Below, piece by piece: positions 55,101-64,000 of a stretch of 64,000 nt of DNA. Under the pieces are notes generated by a model. That model was not told the DNA's origin and did not search any database. It worked only from the letters and a program-made list of their open reading frames with translations. Within the stretch, counting starts at the first letter, position 1. Every line of letters begins with the position of its first letter. The position numbers were made by a program, and so were the translations under genes. Source of the DNA: Bugula neritina (taxonomy: Eukaryota; Animalia; Bryozoa); the NCBI GenBank assembly GCA_964035545.1, contig OZ037768.1:9704741-9768740 (forward strand), written 5' to 3'.

Positions 55101-58100
55101 ACGACTGTCTGAACATTCGCGCTACAAATAACTTAAAATCATTAGCAAAATATCCAAAACTAAAATCATTAGCATGTTCAAAATTGCAACATGGATAGCC
55201 CATAAGTTTTTGTTAACTTTTATATCACACTTGATGGCAGAGATTTAAATTACCCAAATATGTGTTATGCAAGTACAAACATCTACTACATGCACTGATG
55301 GGCAAATAACTCATAAGTGTGTGCCTTTTGAATAATATTAAACAGCAGAATCTTGCCAAGAAGACAGCTGTATAAAGAGAAGCGCTAACAAACTGAACAT
55401 TCACCTAGTCTCAGAAGATGGAGTAGAATCTTTTGGATTTCTGCCAATTTCCTAAAATTTCCAAAAACTTTTGACTTTTGTGCAGAAAATACAGTAAATA
55501 TGGTTGAAAGAATAAAAAAAGGGAAGTCAAAGCCAGACTTTCCCAGCCAGAATCACAAGCATACATGTATACGCTGGCAAAGGATTATGTTAACTGACTG
55601 AAACCATTAATATATCAACGCATACTCACAGTGTGTATTTGCTGCATCACAAATCTGCTCCAATTTTGTATAATTCTAGCAAGGTTTTTCTTGCTAGCTT
55701 CATCATCATCTCCGAGATTGAGTCCAAGTGCTGAAGCTTCAGGAATAGTCCTAAAGGCTCTCAGGAAATTGCTTGCCTGTGTTATTCAACAGACATATTT
55801 ACTCTCACTTTATGCAACAAATAGTGGGTCACCTTCCCCCATTCTAAGAGCTGTTGCAATTCACACAAAGTTTAGCCCTAGAATTTTGACATTTTTAAGC
55901 AGATATGCACGATGTGTAATAACCATTTTAATTTTTAATTATTCTCCAATATCCTTAAATTAAATTTGAATATTTACAAAACATTATCATTTGATGTAAT
56001 GATTCTGCCAATTTAATAAGTCAGTAACTGATTATTTTAAAATGCATGTCTGCATACAACCTGCATTTATCTATCTGTGATCGAAACCAGTCATATTTTT
56101 CCACATAAAAATCCAGGACTCCAAGCAGAAAAATACTCCAAATCATGATTTTTTAATATTACTCTTATAAAAACTCACAAAATTCCAACGACACAATGAG
56201 AAGTCATCAAAGATGTTACCTTCTAGTGAACTATAACCATACACCGAACCAGCCAGGCAACATGTAGCATATATTGAACAGTTAACTTAAAGGTAAATGT
56301 TACGATACTCAGTAAAATAAGGAGATTGGATAGAACACTGCAGGCATGCTTACCTGACAAGTCATTCCTTTGGAAACATCCAACATATGGAACAAAAAAC
56401 CGAGTTCACAGGCTAGGCAGAACTCTTGCTGGCATAAATGGTTGAGAAGAGTAGCTCTCAACGGTTCAATAAAGTACAGCACCTGCAACAGAGCATAGAT
56501 TAAGTTACAACCAAAACAATGTGGTAAACGAAAAAGTGAGAAAGTAAAATTTACTGGCAAGAAAATTCGAAAATTTGACTTCAGTGAATGCTGCTATCAT
56601 CGCATCAGCAAAGACACGTTTTCTCAACAAGACAGCTGGATGGGAAAACAACTTCTGGAACTGGCAGATATAGCAGACGTAGAAGAATACACAAGAAACT
56701 GTTAATTAATTAAGGAGAGACAATTACCTGCAGCATGCTATTGCAGTATGCGTTGGGAATATGAGTTTCCAATCCGGCAAAATGAGTCTTGTTATAGTGC
56801 CTGAAGTCAAAGTCTTCAACACCAAGTTTCGAGTACTTGATTTCCACTTTACGATATTGTTTAGGGACGGACAAGAACGGATCTTCTTCACGACCAATTG
56901 GTGACGCAGGAACGTGGCTAAAAATAGCAATGTAACTATAACAAAAAATTTAAGCTACTAAATACATGAATCAAAATAATTGTGAAAAAATCGAAAGGTT
57001 ACCATCAAAAGTACCAAGAATTGCCTTTCAATCCCATGCTACTTTTTTTCATAAATAATGGGAAATTTTTTATCAATTTTTGTGACAGTTTATCAGTTTA
57101 TCACCTTTTAGATCTTCCTCCACGAGTAGAATGAGTGCCACCACCTCGCTGTTTACCTCCTCTGTAGCCAGGCTCAGACTTGAGCTGATAAGGAAACGGC
57201 CTGGCTACACCATCAGGCATCTTCCCGTAACCAAGGTTACCAGTCATCTTCACATTGTTGAGTATAGCAGGATCAATGGGGGCAGGTGCTCTGTATACTC
57301 TCTGGGTGTAGGCTGGAGGCCAGTCTGAAAACAGAGATCCTTGGCCTGGATATGGCATTGGTACCGAGGCGTAGTTAGCCATCGGGTCATCGATATTCAT
57401 ATGGGGCAATCTCTCAGTCTAAAGAAAACAACAATGCACTGGAAGCAAACACCAAAGCCTTTGTTTCTAACAAAAATGATTAATCAGCACAGCCATGGCT
57501 TTTTAAATATAATGCTGAAGGTGTTTGGTTAAGAACAAAACTTCCATGTCACTAGAAAGCTTGCGATTTGCTGAATCTATTCTACATAAAAATACTGTAA
57601 TAGAAAAAAAAATGAATTCCATGTAATAAGAGGCCAAAGGCCTCGGATGTTGGTTAACCTCAACAAGTTTTAGGGTTTCTACTAACACGAAGAAGTGCTA
57701 GGTGTCAGAAAACTTTTATAAACTACTCATTTATATTATCGATTAAGTCACTATTAGAGCATACAAACTTTTACTTATATGCAGCAGTAAATTCAACTGA
57801 AAGAGACAAATTTGACACATAGTTTAAACATGCCAACAACCCACACATAAGAACTGCTGTGTTATGTAACAAAATGTGGCAGGGTGATGATGAGGCTTTA
57901 TAAGTTTTGGTACTTTTGGTAGCAAACCCCTGGTATGAATAAAAAATTACACTTGGCTTTATAAAGGTTGATGATTTACAGTTATTCTAGCATGTATTAA
58001 CAATTAAACGCAGCATAGAAGTAATTTCACTATAAAACTGATGTACAAACTACTGGATTTAAAAAATCACTTCATTTATATTAAATAAATTGTAAATAAT

Positions 58101-60674
58101 AAATGATGGCAAATTGCAAGCAAATAGCTGAAAAATACCCATGAAATGGATGTCTGGTAACCAAAAATTATATTACAGTATGAATGACACCCAATTAGGA
58201 GATGGCGGTGAAAGGTGAGAAAAAAATGAATGACACTTGCCCAACCAATATAATAGCTAGACAAGCAGAGGGAAAATTCAATACATATTAACAGATAAGA
58301 AGAGGCCCACACTCACCACATCAGCAAACTGGGTCTCTTGTGAATAAGGGTTGAAAGCAGCATGAGATCCTTCAACATTAGGGGCGTTACTATACAGATG
58401 ACAACAGCCAGCCTCGTCCCCAAAGGACACAGACTGGTGAGACGAGGAGACATCAAATGCAGATATAGGTCCAGTAGCTGCTTGGATTGGATGGCTTAGT
58501 AGCGGGGCGGACATCATGGCCCCCGTAGTGTCTATGATTTGGTACTGGCCAGACTGGCAAGTAGAACAGTACATCATAATATATTCTAGAAAGTTCTAAA
58601 ATGAAACTTGGCAGTGTTGCCGTGAATGATACTTAATGCAGCTATACTTTAACATTAACAAACTTTGACAAGTTAATCTGAAGGTGAGAAACCAGTTCAT
58701 AACAGACACTTACGTGAGCAACAACAAATACTCGGCTTGTGTAGCTCGGTACAAATTTAAGGTAGTATGGCTCTATCGCACATTGTATAGTTGATACAAT
58801 ACGCATCATTCTTACATCATACACCATGAGAAATCTGCAAATACCAGAAACACATTCAACATAATGAAACTACGTTTATTGTTTATTGCTAAAATCATTG
58901 CATGGCATCAATTTTGTGAAAATTTAGTGAAAATATAAAACTTTGCTAAATATTAAAACAATTGCTCTAAGTTGAGATTATAGCTTCCTTTCAATTGATG
59001 ATATGATAAACAGGAATCTTAGCATAGAATATAAGCATCAACATATTGAAGTGATTTACCTGTCAATTTGATTACCGCCACGCATCGGTGCAACATTTGA
59101 GAATCCGCATGTAACTATTTGGTTCTCATATGCATCAAAATCTGAGAGAGTGAAACTATGAGCTTGAAACTGGTTCTCGATTTTCAAGGTTTGTGGGTCT
59201 CTTATAGTGATCTAGTTACACACCACATCATATTACTTTACATTTAGGAAGCATAGTACATCAGCAGGAAGGATATATGATATATTCTACTAACACAAAA
59301 TTAGTAGTCAACATGTTACTTAAACTTTACATCTGTTTCATTAAACTTTTCATATTCAAACTGGCAAAGCCACTTTTTGAGAGGTTTATGCTATTACCTG
59401 GCCACTGGTATCTCCAAATATCGTAAATCTGTTGTTTGATTTCATTATAGCCACACCTGGATCCTCTATTTGATACTACAGATATAAACCAAAGAAAGTG
59501 TCAAAAAACTAAACGATAATATAAGTTGGAATTCAGCCACTAGTTAGTGTTTAGACCAAGAGACAAGTGCCGGTTACCAGTTTTTATTCTAAAGATGCAA
59601 ACGATGCTCAACAACTGGCTACAAGTTGCTAACCAACTCAGAGAAGCAAACAGACTTACTTCTGGTGACTAGATATGCTCAAACAAAACTTAAGTTAAAA
59701 TTGAATGATTCTTTAGACTTTACCTTCTTGATAAGTGCCAACCTATCTATGTCTAGTTCAAATACGGACTGTTGATGGCCTCCGACCAGGATACTGTTGT
59801 TGACAGTATGAAGCATGCATTGCATGTTGTGAAAACCCTCAGACCTAACAATGATATCAACAGCTACACAAGAAGCCATAAAGTACTGCAAGTAATCATA
59901 TTTACAATAGATGTCATTGTGAAATTTGTGAATCTTAATATTAAATTCTGTTTACGACTGCCGAAGCCAGCAGTACTTCAGTCAAACTTCTTACATGAAT
60001 AAAGGTAGTGTGCTAAAATCAATTAGCATTAAACGTTTCCATTGAATAGGCACATTATGTCACATGATGAAACATATCAACTACAGACAAAACCAAAATT
60101 TACAGCTAAATAAAAAAATTGGAAACTTACATGAAATCAGCAGTGCATCTACCGAACCTGGCATAACAGCGCACATTTTCTTGAGTCAAGGTGAAAATAC
60201 CTTGATGAGAGGGCATCAGTTGTATCACAGGATTACTTGAATGAACTCTAAAGGCAGTGTACTTTTGCAGGTTGGGACCATAATATGATGAAACATATCC
60301 CTGGAATACACAAGCATTCACCATTTATTTTCTACAGTTTACATAACTATAACTAACCAACAAGAATTCCAAATATTTAACATTAAGTATGTAGAAACAC
60401 TCACAGCTCTTGTTCCAACCCACAATAGTTCTTCCACGCTGTCGAATGCTGTTGAGGTAACAGCATTCCCAGGTTGACCGCCGAGCACACTGCTTACATG
60501 GCGGTACTCAGACTCTCCCATTTGACCCATTTCAGGTGCATTCATAGGAGGAGCCATATGCATAGAGTTTTGTTGCATGCCTTGCATGTCTGGAGGCATG
60601 GCGTAAGGTGGTTGTGAGTAAGGATTATTCCCACCACCATATTGTGGGGGTATCATACCATTCTGGAAGTTCAT
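43165..60674 (-). CDS. PAN2: PAN2 poly(A) nuclease catalytic subunit (WD40 - pseudo-USP - DEDD RNase), 26 coding exons, ~1235 aa
   Basis: Exons (-): 60674-60405, 60300-60131, 59844-59724, 59475-59398, 59211-59060, 58834-58714, 58553-58317, 57418-57105, 56917-56728, 56482-56354, 55776-55630, 55451-55405, 55121-54979, 54855-54743, 54521-54364, 53908-53834, 53538-53412, 53244-53047, 52012-51922, 50479-50322, 46702-46617, 46441-46348, 44854-44696, 44595-44502, 44298-44167, 43268-43165. Motifs: [101 protein letters not shown]. Possible extra in-frame first exon at 62437-62394. Confidence 0.95.
45544..45870. repeat. Local tandem duplication of a ~120-140-bp intronic segment
   Basis: ttcctatgttttcttcaagttaagataatattgacttacttctgg... 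at 45544 and again at 45731. The first copy lacks ~21 bp bounded by GCC microhomology. Confidence 0.9.
45860..46350 (-). repeat. 23-bp minisatellite (~21 copies) starting at a PAN2 5' splice site
   Basis: Sense-strand unit GTAA(T/A)TATATT(A/C)TATACTCTCAG; a few degenerate units also at 45650-45730. Confidence 0.95.
47009..47079 (+). promoter_or_regulatory. Putative promoter of the nested gene: CCAAT - octamer - CCAAT - TATA
   Basis: CCAAT 47009-47013, ATTTGCAT 47024-47031, CCAAT 47042-47046, TATATAAAA 47071-47079, ~100 bp before the ATG at 47183. Confidence 0.6.
47183..48412 (+). CDS. Nested intronless multi-pass membrane protein with two tandem 4-TM (MS4A/CD20-like) modules, ~409 aa
   Basis: Uninterrupted ORF in AT-rich DNA, antisense within PAN2 intron 46703-50321. 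First in-frame ATG at 47183 (acaATGG context). Eight hydrophobic segments in two homologous blocks 160 codons apart. AATAAA at 48414-48419. Confidence 0.82.
   Translation: MGYKNQLSRQTDGYDVLGILHNNCEVEIPSIELNTRRFSVPANDEGKMLQVEVEECFTDDFRPRAYSLPAKLKREDKPCAPDDQYFMSDRKLFAILTNVVHIIIGIAMIQLGIVGTWYQRYMNFERDQLRHVLYMCIMFIVLGVYGLCVVTKNLGKNRSHQLLYLSISLLSIVASSFIMTNGALVVISDTYRTNQRVIVMFDLLIIILSGLEIPVAIVGLCTIVKPADLNSTIPRKENTENKNISSTSWNPIFNLILNISHIVLGLCIAELSVVGLLYRRFMNIDHNNLLAIIIISFSFISIGATGIYNYASGKKNKLQKQSTYTCGPILAVGSAASIMIVISIAMTNKQYYVEVEAIKAFDTLILSISGMELVVGTLATILCFIPCLLTKLEMNQKARKWRIKLMKLP
49189..49220 (+). mobile_element. Possible isolated Tc1/mariner-type TIR remnant
   Basis: TA+CAGTCATCCGTGAAAGTTTTGACACCCC resembles Tc1 ends (TA-CAGT...AAAGT...CACCC); no partner end seen. 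Confidence 0.3.
52430..52566 (-). mobile_element. tRNA-derived SINE 5' head
   Basis: GC-rich island; minus strand GGGAGCAGTGGTGGTCTAGTGGTTGG... with A box TGGTCTAGTGG (52555-52545) and B-box-like GGTCAAACC (52503-52495). No complete cloverleaf. Confidence 0.65.
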
Positions 60675-63119
60675 TCTGAATATCAATACACTCCAACAAC
60701 CATGTGTAGCTAGAAAAACAAATTATATCACCCATGTACTTGATAAAAAATGTGCAGAGATGAAAAAATATTTTATTTTGTAAGCATCAACCATGTTTGT
60801 TTTGAAGAATTGCTTTAAAATTAGTCGACTTATTAGTTGACATATTTTCAAAAGAACTCATATGAAAATATTTAAAAGTTATGATAGACAAGGTAGCGTA
60901 AGAGACTGATGCATTATGCTCTACATTTGTAATTATTGTGCTAAGACTCTACAGGGTGCCAGTTCAAAGCAGCCACAAGATGAAAGGAAGGGACATAATT
61001 TGGTTTAATTGAGAACAGGACTTGACTACTTTTGTTAATTATTAGAAAAAGATACTACAGCAGTTTTTGTCCTTGCAGCCATAATTGTGCAGTATGTAAC
61101 ATTGTGGTCTCATTTACTTCACCACTAAATGACAAGTTTCAGTACAGATTGTATTGAGGCCAGCGTTAAGCATTTCATTGCACAGACTTTATTGAGTTGA
61201 GAGCCGAGCTAATGCACTGTAGTAAGCGAGTTCTAAATAACTAGAATGCAAAACTATTAGAGCAGAATTCAAAACATCCCAAGAGATAGCTCTAAATGAA
61301 AATTATAAACATCATACAGTACCCGTTTGGTGGTTTCTAACCACACTAAAATCTTCAATAACCAACAAAAATCATTTTATACCTTTTTAAACTGAAGTAA
61401 ATTGAAAATACCAAAATGATATTTTAATGTAGACTAAGCAAAAAAGTTGTAATAAGTTACATTATATAGCTACTATCTATTATTTTTGTAATTCTCATAT
61501 AATACAACTCTTACTAGTATTTAATATACTTTTAGGTATGCTACATAAATAGAATGTTTTTAATTATTTCATTAGAAAATTGGTTTAAGCAAGAAATTAA
61601 TCATAAAATGCAGAAATTTATTACTATGAACTAAGTTAAAAATCGAATGAATAAGTTACTAAATAGGTATTGACAATTACCTGCTTTTTTTCATAATAAC
61701 GGAGATATTAGTTACCAATTACTTACTAGTAAAAACTACTTGGAGTTACTGACTTACAATTATCAAAAGCTGTTCAAATTACAATAAAAATCTTTGAAAA
61801 ATGGAATCTTTACGGCTTTAAAAAGTTTTGAGAGACTAACTCTGATGAACATAGTATGTTGGGAGCATTGAACTATAACCCCTATGATATAAGAAGCTTT
61901 AGTTCATTGGTTGGGAGTGCACTGGACTAATTATCTCATTTGTTTACACAAATTTCATAAAATAATCAAGACCAAATTGACATTATATTTATTATTAATT
62001 ATGATATGCATAAAAACCAAAGGAAACTGACTGAGAAGCAACATTATTATAGTAGTATTAATATAATCACAACTACTATTAGTAATTTAGTAATAATAGT
62101 AACACCATTCGTTACGTTCACTATAACTATTACCATTAGTATTAGGAAAATTTACAGTAATAGCATTAGCGAATTACAATAGAGTAAACATAGCATTAAT
62201 ATTTAGACTATAGCCACAATGAGTAGACATCACATGTAATTCTAATTCAGTAATTCACCATGGACATCAGTAACTATTCAGTAACTAAGAGCTGGTCAAC
62301 CTATAAGAGTAAGTTTATAATGAACAATTACTAATAGTAATTGTCAACTACTGATTGTTATTACAATTATTATTATATTGATTTAAGTTTAACCTCCAGG
62401 ATTGGCCCGTCAGCTTTTTGGCGTTAGAATTGGTCATGGTGACTTTTACTTCGACTTTCAGTAATTGTGAAACTAAATATAATTAAAATATCAATGTGAA
62501 TGTATAATACATTCACATTGGGCTTGGCATTCTAATTGTAATTACATTTACATTCTTATAGTTATTGTATTAATTATTAATATTTATAATTTTAAAGCGA
62601 CTGATAGTAAAAACTCAAACTAGAAGTGAAATTAAAACTATTAGTAAATGGGATGAGTGAGGTAGAAAGACTAACAGCAACTCTAAGTTCCACTTGCTGT
62701 CTAAGAGTAAGAGTAAGACCAGGAGGCAATAGCAACCAAAAGTCTAAAGACTAAAAGTAAAAGTAAGACTTTTTCTGTGACTAAGGGTAAGAGTAAGTGT
62801 AACACTAACAGTAACACTAACTGTAATTGCAAGACTCACACCTCACACTCACTTTTCAGGCCAATAAAATTAATTTAATTTTAAAATCCAAATGATACAA
62901 AGTTAAATAACAAATTTATTAGCAAAACTTGAAGTTATTAATAATTAATATTAATTATTGAAATAATTATTATAATTACAATAGAAACATTACTCATTAG
63001 CAATTGTAAGTGCAGCAATCATTATGATAAACTGGTGAAGTGATTATGATCATTATTATGATTATATTACAGTTATATTAATAGAAATTTAGTTATTTTC
63101 ATTTTATAGTTTTACTTTT

Positions 63120-63600
63120 AAGCTTACTACTAGTAATAGTAATACTAAGTCTAATACTAATAGTGATACTAAAAGTCAAACTTAAAGCCAATTCCAATGA
63201 CAACAAGTGAGCTTTAATGACAATCACAATTACAATACTTTGTCACAATCACGATGAGTATGACATATTCGATCTCATAGTCATAGTAAGCATCATGATC
63301 ACCATCACTATCAACTATGAGTATGACTATCAAATTCAATATTATACTTATAGCCATACTCACACTCATACTCACATAGTCACTATCAGTATCATAGTGA
63401 CGGATCATAGTCGTAGTGATATTGATAGTGAAACTGACTATAAATCACAATCACAATGTGGTAGTGGTATTCATACTCATACTCATAGTCATACTGATTG
63501 ATAGTGACATTGACTGTGGTATCATAATCATTATCATTACGAAAACAGTCAGCAGCACAAAAATATTTATTAATTACCATCATAGAAATAATGATATTAA
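63120..63600. repeat. Degenerate tri/hexanucleotide low-complexity region upstream of PAN2
   Basis: Runs of actcat/atcaca/atagtc/tagtaa-type hexamers. Confidence 0.75.
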
Positions 63601-64000
63601 TAAATAATATAACTATAATTTGCGGTAACAGTGAATGTGGTCAACTTCAAGCCTCAATTTTACTGGGGTATCGAACGAGATCCACGCACTCAAATTCTTT
63701 AGCGAAGAAGACATTTTCAAGTGTCCAAAGCTGATCTATTGCCTGAAATCCAAACTAACTTTACCTTGTTTTAAAAATTTCAAACTAGAGTAGTGAAATA
63801 ATCAAGTCACCGAAATACTTGCAAATCTAAGGCTTTTACAGTCACATGACCCGCAATCTCGCCATTGGCCAACAAATCTCATGCTTGAACCGCCAACCTT
63901 TGATTGTCAATATTGACTATTCTGGGGAGAAATCGGCTAATAGTAATGCCTAATTTCGCTGATCACTTCGTGCTTATTTATGAATAATTCAATGTTTTTC

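Noticed and set aside
56728-56775. Missing catalytic cysteine in the USP Cys-box ([10 protein letters not shown])
   Set aside because: Expected: the PAN2 USP domain is a known pseudo-deubiquitinase.
63214-63607. Overlapping short ORFs on both strands
   Set aside because: Low-complexity hexamer repeats; no recognisable domain or splice context.

Overview
AT-rich, intron-rich animal (invertebrate-type) genomic DNA; species not determined. Hand assembly of GT-AG exons in consistent phase gives five conserved multi-exon genes: a GPR158/GPR179-like class C-related GPCR (-, 470-13430), a ZDHHC3/7 palmitoyltransferase (-, 16104-20289), the HECT ligase UBE3C (-, 21843-31791), FBXO7 (+, 35914-42038) and the deadenylase PAN2 (-, 43165-60674). 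The PAN2 locus is the most unusual part. (i) One intron hosts an antisense, intronless gene with its own CCAAT/octamer/TATA promoter, encoding a ~409-aa protein made of two colinear MS4A/CD20-like 4-TM modules. (ii) A 75-nt frame-preserving exon inserts a Nab2/ZC3H14-type CCCH zinc finger into the pseudo-USP domain. (iii) A 23-bp minisatellite starts exactly at a 5' splice site, and its units read GT...CAG, giving a chain of ~20 CAG|GTAA sites. Also present: hAT-type MITEs, a decayed LINE RT interrupted by a MITE, a tRNA-derived SINE head, and an intron that is almost entirely (CA)n. Models come from sequence reading only, with no database or RNA evidence.
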